NCBI GenBank assembly: GCA_964252035.1
Contig: OZ176205.1
DNA from: Podarcis erhardii
Lineage: Eukaryota
Length of the DNA: 64,000 nt
Reading direction: 5' to 3' (one strand)
Shown one piece after another: positions 23,444-36,200 of the stretch. The position numbers and the translations under genes were made by a program. Under the pieces are notes generated by a model, which was given only the letters and a program-made list of their open reading frames with translations, was not told where the DNA came from and did no database searches. Positions within the stretch are counted from its first letter, which is position 1. Every line of letters starts with the position of its first letter.

Positions 23444-25139
23444 AAGGAATGGTGAGAGAAGAACAAGCAACTGCCAGAGTTTCCCATTCCATTCAAACTT
23501 GGAAACTATGGTTACAAGCTTTAATACAAGACAGGATGTTAAACAATGATTTAAAGCGGTCTTAATATCCTGGCTTGCTCCCAAGCTAGTAAGCATAGTT
23601 TCTCAGTTGGTACAAAAAGAAGAAACTATGTTCAACTGAAGTCTTCCTGGTTTGTCTGGTCGTGTTGTGATGGGAGGAGTAAAGGGGTTTCATAGGAAAG
23701 GAAATAGCCTGTTCATACTGGGAGTAATAGTAATACTCCCCCCCCCCCCCGTATTCCCAATTTTCCACAGGGATGGGGAGAGGGGTTGTATTCCACAAAG
23801 CCGCTGTGTGAGTAGACCTTTGTCCCGCCACCTCCCCCATCACCCTCCAATCTGCTCTGTGGTTTCCCCAACTCTCCAGAGCAGATTGGTGGGAGATGAG
23901 GGGGCACACCGGTTGTGGGGGAGAATGAGAAGTTTTGCTCTATTCGCAGAAATTGTTCTTGTCACGCATTGACTTCATTGGCGCTAAGCCAAAGAAATTA
24001 TCTCCACAGTTCAGCAGCAATCCTAAGCTCATAAGAAGATAGGCTGCTGGGCTCACAAGGTGTAATAAGTTATCGTAAACTTTCAGTAATGTAGGAGGTG
24101 GCCTTGGACTGAGTCACCCTCATTAACTAGCTCAGAACTTACTGTACTACATGGGATGGGACCAAACAGAAATTTTAAAATATGCATTTCTATAGAACTT
24201 TTTACTTTCTCAAAAATGATGGTGTATTTATATGCAATGTGGTTGTTTAAATACTGGGTTTCGGCTTTCATGAAGCTGAGAGAATGAACAAATCTTAACA
24301 GAGCACTTCGAGATAATTTCAATACATTTTTTGCTTCCTTGTAAAAACCACCATTCACTAAACTTTGAAAAAAGCAGAGGGGTATTAAAAAAAAGAAAGA
24401 AAAGAAACTTAACTTCCCCCCCACCAAGCCACTGTTATGCATTAGTGGAGTTATAAATCCTGCCAGTCCCAGATGATTAGATGCGGAGAGCACAAGATAC
24501 CAAACTGTTCAATACTGATTTTAAATGGTTAGCAAGCACTTTCTGTTCTGCTTTTACTTGGGGTTAGAACACTGAAATGTAGACCTCAGCTTTTTTTTTT
24601 TTAAAGTTACTTTACAAATACACAAAGACAGCTCAGTTATGCAGCCTCTCTTGTAATTATTGAAAGTTTTAGTTTTTTAAAAAATCCCATGTTCTTAAAA
24701 GCAACACTCCAAAAAGCAACAGCTTGGCCACTTGGAAACTTCAGAAAGTTAGGGTTCCTATATATCCACCCCCATGACCCTGGCACTTCCATGGAGGTTC
24801 TGCCATCCGGCAGATAAAAGAGATGTCATCTAGGAGCAGAGACTTCTGGGTAAGGCTTCCAGCATTTAGGCAGGCCCTGCCTAGGGAATCTTTCTCTTCT
24901 TGGTCACCTTTCAGAAGGCAGATGAATATGACTCTTCTTATAGTAAGTATTATTAGTTGTGAAGTGCCTAAAAATGGGGTGCTGCACAAAACCCATAAAG
25001 CAACAGTCCTACTCAATGGGTTCATAATCTAAATTAGACAACAACAGAACAAGGAAACACAGGGAAGGAAGCCAAACACAATTAAATGCAGAGTGCAACT
25101 CAACAGGGAGATCTGTGATCAAGATAAACAAGGATGTCC

Positions 25140-25185
25140 TTGTTTGTTTGTTTGTTTGTTTGTTTGTTTGTTTGTTTGTTTGTTT
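25140..25185. repeat. (GTTT)n microsatellite
   Basis: Seen directly. Confidence 0.95.
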
Positions 25186-25930
25186 AAAAAGGACCTAGCA
25201 ATTGTGGGACCCTCCAGATTTGATTAGGAATGTGTTGAGAGGGTGGGAGTGTTAACTGTGCTTCCTCATGATATTCCCCCAATGAAGCCACCATGCTTCC
25301 CTGAAGCCTCCCCCCCCCCCAAAGAGATGAACCATGTAGGTACCACACAGTCCCCTGTAGAGCAAGTAACAGCTTCAGGGAGTGCAATTTGAATCTGGAA
25401 AATGATACAGGAGGAGCAGAGTTTAAACTCAATGCTGCGTACACAACCTGTCTCCTTCCCCACCGAACCCCATGTCTAATATTAATATGTTTTAAAAAGG
25501 CCTAAAACCATAATCATTAATCTATCGTTTTAAGTATAGTTGCAACCATAGGCTACCTAAAATAAATGAAGCTCTTTTAAAGAAGGAGGAAGAGGTCCAA
25601 TTAAATGAATATCAGCTAGGTAAAGAGTTCCATTGATAAGAAGCAATAAAAGTACAGAGCATAAAGATACGAAACTTAGAAACAGATACAGGGTTTAACA
25701 AGCAACAACAAAAACGGAAGAATGCAAAGACTAAAGCAGAGTATATAGAGATATCAAAGATAAGCAGGAGATAGAACGAATTCATATGAAGCAACAGATT
25801 CTTGTGAACAGGAACTCCGTGTGAAGAAGAGAGAAAAGCAAAGAATCATGATCATATTTACATGCATAAAAATAAAAGGGGTGACAGAGTGCAAACAAGA
25901 AGTTTAATATATCTATGTACATTTGTAGCA

Positions 25931-26282
25931 TAAAGGTAAAGGGACCCCTGACCATTAGGTCAAGTCGTGGCCGACTCTGGGGCTGCGGTCCTCATCTCGC
26001 TTTACTGGCCGAGGGAGCCGGCATACAGATTCCGGGTCATGTGACCAGCATGACTAAGCCGCTTCTGGCAAACCAGAGCAGCGCACGGAAACGCCATTTA
26101 CCTTCCTGCCAGAGCAGTACCTATTTATCTACTTGCATTTTGACGTGCTTTTGAACTGCTAGGTTGGCAGGAGCAGGGACTGAGCAACGGGAGCTCACCC
26201 CGTCGTGGGGATTCCAACCGCCGACCTTCCAATCGGCAAGTCCAAGGCTCTGTGGTTTAACCCACAGTGCCACCCGCGTCCC
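25931..26282 (-). mobile_element. Sauria SINE, full length
   Basis: tRNA-like head GGGACGCGGGTGGC.CTGTGGGTTAAACC, typical body and (ACCTTT)n tail. Confidence 0.93.
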
Positions 26283-26307
26283 TTTGTCTAACCCTCTGTA
26301 TATTTAT

Positions 26308-27191
26308 TCATAGAATCATAGAATCATAGAGTTGGAAGAGACCACAAGGGCCATCAAGTCCAACCCCCTGCCAAGCAGGAAACACCATCAGAGCACTCCT
26401 GACATGGTTGTCAAGCCTCTGCTTAAAGACCTCCAAAGAAGGAGACTCCACCACACTCCTTGGCAGCAAATTCCACTGTCGAACAGCTCTTACTGTCAGG
26501 AAGTTCTTCCTAATGTTTAGGTGGAATCTTCTTTCTTGTAGTTTGGAACCATTGCTCTGTGTCCGCTTCTCTGGAGCAGCAGAAAACAACCTTTCTCCCT
26601 CCTCTATGTGACATCCTTTTATATATTTGAACATGGCTATCATATCACCCCTTAACCTCCTCTTCTCCAGGCTAAACATGCCCAGCTCCCTTAGCTGTTC
26701 TTCATAAGGCATCGTTTCCAGGCTTTTGACCATTTTGGTTGCCCTCCTCTGGACACGTTCCAGTTTGTCAGTGTCCTTCTTGAACTGTGGTGCCCAGAAC
26801 TGGACACAGTACTCCAGGTGAGGTCTGACCAGAGCAGAATACAGTGGCACTATTACTTCCCTTGATCTAGATGCTATACTCCTATTGATGCAGCCCAGAA
26901 TTGCATTGGCTTTTTTAGCTGCCGCGTCACACTGTTGGCACATGTCAAGTTTGTGGTCAACCAAGACTCCTAGATCCTTTTCACATGTACTGCTCTCAAG
27001 CCAGGTGTCACCCATCTTGTATTTGTGCCTCTCATTTTTTTTGCCCAAGTGCAATACTTTACATTTCTCCCTGTTAAAATTCATCTTGTTTGTTTTGGCC
27101 CAGTTCTCTAATGTGTCAAGGTCGTTTTGAAGTGTGATCCTGTCCTCTGGGGTGTTAGCCACCCCTCCCAGTTTGGTGTCATCTGCAAATT
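26308..27191 (-). mobile_element. CR1 LINE, 5'-truncated young copy (C-terminal RT of ORF2 plus 3' tail)
   Basis: ORF 26308..27216 has FADDTKLGG, LGCINRS, RPHLEYCVQFWAP and LERVQRRATKM, typical of CR1 ORF2, and ends in (ATTCTATG)n. Confidence 0.96.
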
Positions 27192-27899
27192 CAGAAGTCA
27201 ATGCCACTGTATTCAATGCAAGCTGTACAGTACCACAGCCAAAAAGAGTAAAATGATAGCTAATCCAACCAGGACCAAATTAGAGAACCCACCGAGGTAC
27301 AAGTAGAATCAACGAAAGGATGGACCAGGATACCTTAAAGACTGCCTGAGACAGACGGAGGCCAAACAACCATGCCTGAGCCCTTCGGTGGCAGCATTGC
27401 CGGAGGAATCCTGTTATCTGTCCCCTGTGTGAACAAGGCCCACTTGGCATCTAGAGGAAAAGGGGCACTGAGTGTGGCTGGGCCAGCAATGTGGACTGTG
27501 CTGCTGGTGGAAATCCATGCTTGTTATTCTGAGTTACATTTCGAAGGCCTTTTCAGTTGGATGAATGTTTGTTATGTGACTGGCCAGTTCTTTATGAAAG
27601 TTTCTGCTCTCCTTTATTTCTTATTATATTTGCTGTACACTGCTTAGATGTTTTCTATATGAGTTCGTGAAACACAAATATTTTTAATGATAAATAAGCA
27701 AACAAGGAAAGGGGGAATTAAAGGACAAAATTAAATGGCAAGTTCTGCAGCTTGTGGCAAAACATGAGGTGCTAACACCAAAGAAAGGAACAAGAGAAGA
27801 GTCTGACTTCAAACAATGAGCAGACGGCTATGAGGAAGCAGCAAAAGATTAATAAGAAATGACAACAGATCAGAGATAGAAAAGAATGAGTGGAATGTG

Positions 27900-28110
27900 C
27901 AGCAAAAATGTTGCAGTGTTTTAGCCAGCCAGCCATGCCCTTTCTCGGGGCACTCCATTCCACTACCACCACCAGTCAGCATTCTGTGGCCACTGGGCAG
28001 ACAGAGTCCTCAATGGGCTATTCTGGGGCTTCCCTTCCTTTATATTGTGAACCACCCCTGAGATTTTCAGATGAAGGGTAGTATATAAATTTAATAAATA
28101 ATAAAATAAT
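27900..28110 (+). mobile_element. L2-like LINE 3' relic
   Basis: tgtgaaccacccctgagat...gaagggtagtatataaatttaataaataataaa. Confidence 0.5.
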
Positions 28111-29341
28111 AATTAGTAGGCTTTTTAAAAATAAAAAAACCTATTTCTGTTTCCCTGAGCTTGCTGATACTACAGTCTTGTGCAACAGGTGACACCTCTT
28201 CGACTCTGTTATTATTATTTGGGATACTGTCACAACAGACCTGATAATTAAGGCAAAAAGACTAAATATTTCCCCTTTGCTCTGTTCTGGGGTTCTCCTG
28301 ACCCCTGCCTGAGCCAATTTAGAGGGCATGAAGGAGGAAGGAGAAGGAGAAAGCCCTGTTGTGCAAGCAGAAGTCTGTACACAGGGCTTCTACTGATGGG
28401 ACTGGTTTCAGGCACCCCCAAACTCGGCCCTCCAGATGTTTTGGGACTACAATTCCTAGGTGAATCCCAGCCTCCCGGCCTAAAAAACCAGAAATTTGAG
28501 GTATCCTCATATATTGGTTGGTGAGGTGGGAGGTGAAGAAAAAGAACTATTAACTCAGAGATGGAGAACCTATATTATTATAACTCCCATCATTCATGGT
28601 TGTTGCCTAGGCTGGCATTAGAGTTGGAGTTCAACATCTGGAGAGCCACAGGTTCTAGTGGAATTAGTACACAAAGATGAAAACAAGAGAAGATAAGGAC
28701 TGCAAAAACAAGGATACCGTTCAATGAAGAAATAATCAATAGCAACGGAGGAGGAAGATCAAGAAGAATAACAGATGAAGGAAAATTAGTTTAATTAGTT
28801 AAAGAAAGTAAAATAATTTGTTGACTAGTAAAATTACACAAAATAAAATTGTAACACAGCAAAACAACACTACAATCAGGCAATTTAGAAGAAACTGGAT
28901 TATATTTAGGCCAACAAGGAAGAATCAAGAGTAGATTGTTGCACTTTTTTGTTAACTGGAGAAACCAAAAGCAGGCCTTTCCCTCCTGATTAGGTTGTTC
29001 TTGAACTAGAAATGGTTTTATTACTCTCTGCTGCTTATTTTCATTAAGTTTTTACTGTTGCAGTGTTTTTATGAATTTTATGTGCTTTTAATTCATGTTT
29101 TATTTCTTTTGAAAGCCACTATAGGAGCTGTGCTGAGAAGCAAGCAGGTGAGGAGGTAATCCTAAAATTTAAAATAAAATAAGAGGAATATCCCAGCACC
29201 ACCTGAAGTTTTGAATACAATCCGGAGTATATATTGCTTTAAGCCAAGCTTTATGTTCACCTCGCTATGAAAATAGCTTTGACTTCATTATTTCTTTTGT
29301 TGCTTATTGTTTTCAAATAATTTATCAAGCTTAGCAAGTTG

Positions 29342-29422
29342 AGATACTTGTACTGCAGGGGGCTGGACTAGATGACCCTCTGGGTCAACTTCCAACTCTA
29401 CAATTCTATTGTATGATTCTAT
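29342..29422 (+). mobile_element. CR1-derived tail fragment (LINE end or SINE tail)
   Basis: gcagggggctggactagatgaccctc...ttccaactctacaattctat. Confidence 0.75.
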
Positions 29423-31316
29423 CATTTCACAACAGTGTGAAATCCAGCCACACTACCATCATAATTGTGTGGAAAGCAGGAGCCACAGAGATTTGTGAAT
29501 TTGTGACAGAATCCACTGGGTAACACTGATCACAATGGCGTCCAACTGTACAACCCAATGATATTCTTAGGTCAACAATGTGTTATTGGAGGTTATCTCC
29601 AAATAAAAGGGAAAGCGGTTTGCACTCTGAACGCAAGTGACCAATTCGCCATATTTTAAATAGCTCCACATTTCATATTCTTTTGATTTCAAATGTTTGG
29701 TGCTCATGGCAAAATGGCTGCATCTTTCTGAAAAATAACTGAATTCCAGCCCTACCATATGTACCTTCTTCTCAGCTGTTCTGGTGTGTGTGACCATAGT
29801 GTAGCCAAATAGCTAAACAGGGAAACAATATCATTTTATTTTCTTCAAGGAATAATACTGATAGGAAATGGTTAATCTAATGAGGATCTGGCAATGCATA
29901 TGTCTAATACCATTAGTGCTAAGATACTCAGTAGTGGCATAGCCACCAAAGGGAGGAGTTTGGATTACATTTATTTTTTAACACCCCCCCACACCCAAGT
30001 GTTATTTGGTCATATATCATTTAGCTACTAATATTTTTTCTAGATTTTTTTTTTCTTTCAGCCTGGATGGTTTTAGTAACCTTAATTAGAGGGGATATAA
30101 AGAAAAACACATGAGCATCCCTTTAACAAATACCATAGATCTGTGTATTATTTGTTATTGTCACTTAACTAAATTAAAGTTTCCCCCCTATTATGCAGCT
30201 CAACACAAAGCTATTAAAAATAGTTGCCATTATCGGGAAAGCGAATACACAGGTCACAATCACACATGTGGCTACATTTATATATTTCAGGTGCAATTTT
30301 GCCACAATAGATCATGTTTTAGGGGGAAATGGTGGGCTTTCCATAATTTTTCAAGCACAGCTGAAGAAGATTGTGAGAACACCAACATGCAGCAATCCTC
30401 ACCCCGTTGCATGGGCCCAATGAGGAATTAACAACATAAACTTTGCAAGAGGAATATGCTCCATTATTTTTGTTGTTGTTGTTGTGTGCTACACATTCCA
30501 GAAGGAGAAAATGCATTCAAATTTTAATCTGATGTAATTTTCAGATGCTAATGGAAAATTATACTACTAATACTTTATTGGAGAAATTCTAGAATCCTTC
30601 ATAAAAGCATACAGGGTTGCATTCAAGAGACTTCTGTACTTTAGTAGGAAACACAACTAAGATTAAAGAGGTATTTTCTACACCAGAAGATAGCATCATC
30701 TCCCCCCTACTTAAGAACTCCACAGTTAATCATGACAACATTAGCAGTAGGTGAGATGAATATTAAAAAGCACCAGGCCCTTGCATTGCTTTCCCAAGGA
30801 TTAATGTTTTGCTCTCAAACCACATACACGACACCAGGAATGCAAACACATTTTAGAGTCCTAAAATGACAGGCAACTAAGAAGGAAAATATAGAAGTCT
30901 GTGGTTTGTCGTGCCTCTGCCTCCAGGTTTAGATCTTAAAGAGGAACCAGCAGCAAACAGAAGGCATTAATGGAATTCAGCTGATCATACCTTAATTACC
31001 ACACAGCTAATAATAGATACCCATAAGAATAAGGGAAATCCCAACATGTTGATCAAAGCTACAAGGTTGTCCATGCTGGGAGAGGCATTCTATAAAATAA
31101 GGTTGCTCTGCTGCTAAAAGCATAAATTTTGCTTACTTGAATCAATTACAACCTTATTCTTAAGAACTCAAGATATTCTACCTGCATGGTGTTTCCTTCA
31201 GCTCAGACCAACACAGTGATACCAAAATGATGGGACAGGACTATCTGTTGGCTGAGTGTGGGGTGTCCACAGTAGATATTCGGAATGACACCAGACTTAG
31301 TGCCATGGAACTAGAC

Positions 31317-31452
31317 CAGCCTTCTCAACCCGGTGCCCTCAAGATATTTTTCACTACAACTCCCATCATCTCTAACCATTTGCCATGCTGACTGCAACTG
31401 ATGGGAGTTGGTAGTCCAAAATCCCTGACGGGCACGAGGTTGGGGAAGTCTG
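31317..31452. mobile_element. hAT fold-back MITE
   Basis: actacaactcccatca ... tgatgggagttggtagt internal palindrome; flanks aacTAgac / ctcTAgat. Confidence 0.8.
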
Positions 31453-31975
31453 CTCTAGATCAAGAAGAAAAGCTCTTAACAAAATCAACATTCCGCTTTA
31501 AAAGTTTGGGAAACCAATTGATGAGTTGCATCTAAGTCTTCAACAGGCAAGCCAACAAATGACAGGACTGAATCATTACAATTTCTTGTTGGGACCTCAT
31601 GACTTTGTTCTCCTTCTCGGAGCAAAGTTGTTTTTCCACCTCAGGCTGTCTAGTGAAGATTCCTAATTTTGGAGGAAAGAAGGTGATGCAAAGTAATGGC
31701 GTCGGGAGTTATTTTGCCTCTATCTGCTCACTTTAAGAATCTAGGAGATAATGAGAAGCTTTGCAAGTCTCAGGCACCTTGTCACAAACATCTTTCAAGG
31801 TGGCAGACAAACTTTTATTTAATAAAGCTAACTTTCAAAATAACAGTCACATAACAGGATAGGAAATCAGGGGTCTTGCTACAGCACGCTGCCCTAGAAG
31901 ATGAATGAACACAAAGCATAACCACCAACCTTTTTATTCATAGTATTTATTGCCCTTCCATACAGGCAATATGGA

Positions 31976-32358
31976 GGATGTGGGTGGCGCTGTGGTTTAC
32001 ACTGAGCCTCTTGGGCTTGCCGATCAGAAGGTCGGCGGTTCGAATCCCCATGGTGGGGTGAGCTCCCGTTGTTTGGTCCCAGCTCCTGCCAACCTAGCAG
32101 TTCGAAAGCACGTCAAAGTGCAAGTAGATAAATTGGAAGCACTCCAGCGGGAAGGTAAACAGCATTTTGGTGTGCTGCTTTGGTTTCGGTGTTCTGTTGC
32201 GCCAGAAGCGGCTTAGTCATGCTAGTCACATGACTCGGAAAAACTGTCTGCGGACAAATGCCGGCTCCCTCGGCCTGTAAAGAGAGATGAGCACCACAAC
32301 TCCAGAGTCGTCTGTGACTGGACTTAACTGTCATGGGTCCTTTACCTTTACCTTTTTT
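31976..32358 (+). mobile_element. Sauria SINE, full length, variant subfamily
   Basis: Same head and body with an extra aaactgtctgcggacaa segment; tttacctttaccttt tail. Confidence 0.92.
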
Positions 32359-32903
32359 TACAGGCTGCTGTAAAGATGTTTAAGCTAAGGAAATGAAATG
32401 AGCAGTAATCTGAAATGCACAGTATTCCTAAATGTTATTATAGAAAAAGGCACAGAAAGGGCACTTTGAAAAAACCCAAGAACAGATAGATTGAGAAGGA
32501 TACTTCAAAGGTAGCAAGAAGCTGGGTTAGAACAGGTGCTTGTATGAAACTATTTTACTAGCAGATCACCTGCTGAAAGTGGTATGTGTGAGCCCCAAGC
32601 AGATCCATTCTGCTGAATTTCTTAAGCACAACTGGGACTTGACTTTAGAAGCTATTCAGCTCACCCACAACAAACAGAAGCACGTGCATTGTCAAGAGGA
32701 CACCGGAAAGATTTATAATTTCACATTTCCCTATAAATAGGAATTAGGTTGAAGGGGGAAAATACTTCTGCAGCTGATTAAAGATGGGAAAACATTTTAA
32801 TCTACGTAACTTGTTTATTTATTTTTTTAGAAGCCACTTGAAAGTCAATACACATGTTTAAAGGAGTCTTGCAATAATAAACATCTAAAGTTATGGAGTG
32901 TGA

Positions 32904-32906
32904 GTA

Positions 32907-32949
<43 letters not shown>

Positions 32950-32990
32950 GTATGAGTGTGTATATATCCATATCTGTCTGTCTGTCTGTC
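32904..32990. repeat. Compound (TATGTG)n / (TCTG)n microsatellite
   Basis: Seen directly. Confidence 0.95.
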
Positions 32991-33099
32991 TATCTCAACT
33001 GTATTAATTTTACTTAAATAATACAAGTTTATACAATATCATGAAATGTTATTGTAAGGGCCCAGCATTCAAACAAAGAAAGCTGTTTTACACTGTCAG

Positions 33100-33245
33100 G
33101 CCACTGGTGCATTTGGTCACTACTGCCTACTACACTGAGTGGCAGCAGTGCGCCTGAATTTCAGGTGGTCAACATTCCCGGCCGTACCTGAAGATGCTGA
33201 GGTTTCAACCTGGGACTTTCTGCATGTGAAGCACGTGCCATTGAT
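33100..33245 (-). mobile_element. Fragment of the same tRNA-SINE family
   Basis: acctgaagatgctgaggtttcaacctgggactttctgcatg is the antisense head region. Confidence 0.55.
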
Positions 33246-36200
33246 GATAAGCATTATTATTATTTTTTTATGTGGCAGATTGAGAAAAAACACGGTAACT
33301 ACTATTACTGATCCACTAATGTATTGCAGTAGCATATGAGTAAACAATGTCACGATGTCTACTGATTCATGTTAGCTGACTGGTTTTATTCAGGTACTGC
33401 TAAACATACAGCTTATTTCGTTTAGAGACTAAGAAATGGTTTAATGACTCCAATGTAGTGTTGACATCCATAGCCTCCTCACAAAACACCCGTTAGAAGT
33501 GTTCTGAAACCTCAGAAAGCAGTGCTTCCAAAGCCAATAATCAAAAAGGCTCATATTTCAAGCCACACTGCCTTCACAGAGCAACCTGCTTTCAGGCCAG
33601 AGGGGTGGTTTTCCTAACTCCCAATGCTGTGCAGATGTCTCCGATTGGGCTCTAATTCAACATTTGTTGTCGGCAGCAATCCAAGTAAGCCAGGGCCAAT
33701 TAAAAAACTGCATCTGTAGGGCGACACTTCATGCAGGCAGCCACAACCTTCTGAGGTTCGCTCCCAAATGCATGGAGAATCTCCATAGTAGTAGCTCACG
33801 AAAACATGCAAGTAAAGGCAATGGCGATGCCCCTCATAATACCAAAGGGCTGTCCCTGCTCCCCACCATTTTCAGTATTCTAAGCAGCCATGCATAAGTG
33901 AACCAAAGTACTACAACAGTCCTGTCCCCCCCGCCCTTTTGTGACCCTGCTACATTCTGGGATACCACCTGAGAATTTATTTGCAAGGCTGCGGAACACC
34001 TTTTGTGGCAACTCCCAAGGAAAGATTTGAAAAACTGGTGCGAATGTGTGACATCTTGGTAAATAAAGAGGACTCTCTCCCCCCCCCCACTGGGTCTGAA
34101 AGACCCCAAAGCCTAGAATGGAAGGCTTTTGTGCTCCATTGTAAGTTTGGGGAAACAGCCATCCCTCCTTCCAGTCAGAATTGTTAAGCAGGGAATTATC
34201 TACAGCCACTGTGGTAAGAAAGGAAATCCTGCCAAATGAAGATGGTGAAGATGTGTTTGTCAACAGCACTTCCAAGAGTGTTTACATAGGAGAGGCTGGA
34301 AGCGTATAGCCCAACAATATTTTCAATTTCAGCTGTGTTTTCTTGTTTCTCTCCTGTTAAGATACTGCAACAAATTTTCAAGTGTTAAATAGCAAGGACT
34401 GGCATTTCATTCTATGGTGAGGTGAGTCCATCAGACCCCAAAAGGCTAAAGTAGCAGAAACAAAATTGAAATAATCATACAGTGTTTACAGCCCCCAAAC
34501 AAAATTATTCTCTGCACATCAGTTCCTTAAACTAGATCAAGCCAGTCACCAGAAAACAACCTATGTGAAACCTGATTTCTAAAGACGGGCTGCTTGAAAA
34601 TTGCAAGCAAGAACACACACTTAGAATTAATGTCCAAGCTGAATATCATTTCCATAGAAGAAATCATGTGAATTTCATTCAGGTATGATACACACTTGTT
34701 CCATTTCAGTGTGTATACACGTGGCAGGAAGCACCAATTTCTGGCAGGTTCCCAGGGTGACTAACAACTGTGCCCACATCATGTGTAACTGCATGTACCT
34801 CCCTGAATGTCATTTCCGGCAGGGGCGTGATCTGTATCCATGTAGGGGATCAGGCTTATGCAATTCAGCTCTTAATCTTACCTTTCCCCCCACATTAATT
34901 TCGTTTCTGCTTTACCAACAGGATTATAAACTAGTAAACAAATGTAGCTAGTTAGCATGGGAAGATGCAGAAAGTCAAAGCTCAATAAAATGCAAAAGTG
35001 CTGAGGAACACCATCATCGGCTGGCTCCCAAGGTCTCAATGCATTAGGGGGCAGTGTAGGAACACAAACTTGATAGTGCTTTGTTATGGTGCATCCCTCA
35101 CTAACTGCTGATGCATAGCTAAAACAGCAACAGACATTGATTTATGTTCAACTTTCCATTTCATCAGAGAGATTTTTCAAAATGCTACACACAGAGTTCA
35201 AAAATCAGCAGGAAAATACACGGCCACCAAGTGTACAGCAGTAACCGTACACAAAGAGCCTGAAAGAACACATAAGGTAACTGAGCATTGCTAGAAAACT
35301 CAAAGCACATATAGACTCTCATTTTCCAATCCTCACCACTCTCTCCAGAGCAGGGTTAGGCAACTAGATAAGAGTCTGGACCCTTCAGTGCATCTTACAC
35401 CATAATGTAAAAGACAACACATGCCCATCTTTTAACTGCTGCAAAGCCTGCCTTATTTCTGGAGGAGGTGCGGACTGGTTGCTAAGGAAGGCCCAGTACC
35501 AGCAGCTGGCACTGTGGGGCATTTGCTAGGGCCCATGGGCTGGCAAGCAGTCCACGGCTGATGGCTGACAAAACCCTGAAGTGACCGCTATTGCAGGGAG
35601 GAAGCGGAGCAGTTGGCCATCTAGCAGCCTGCCCTGTTCTTCTGGGGAAATGGGGAGGGGGGCAAGAAAGTGGCCAGTACTTGGTGGCTGTTACACTCCC
35701 TTCTCCTTCACTACCAGCCCGTTCACCTGCCTTTTCTAGCTGGGGTCAAAAAGAAAGGAGAGAAGCAGCCTTCACTACCAACACTCAGGCTACCAGGGCT
35801 GGGGAGGCTCCGCCATATACTGAAACCCTCCGTTTGTGAATTTGGAAAACTAAACTAAAGCTGATAAAAAGTTGAATTGTTTGTTATATTTCTGTTTCTT
35901 GGGCATTTTGATTTGCAAATGTTTTGAAGCCAAAGGGTGCAGCTTCTGACTTCCTTTTATTTAAAAAATGGGTTTTCTTTGTGACCCCCCCCCCCCCCGC
36001 AAAGAAACTGCAAAGGGAAACATAGATGGTTCTAGCTGTATTCTCCGTCACTGGTCTGCAGACCCGCTTGACCTCAGGCCAGACACAAGAGCAGGCATTG
36101 TCAGCTGAGCAGTTGCTCTTTTGTCCTGCCTTAGTTACAAATACAGAAGTTCAAGCAATATCCTTCGTAACCTGGAAAGGACCACATTGGCTGGTGTGCA

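Noticed and set aside
27192-27216. MNTVALTSE as the start of a CR1 protein
   Set aside because: Flanking genomic DNA that happens to be in frame; the element is 5'-truncated and non-autonomous.
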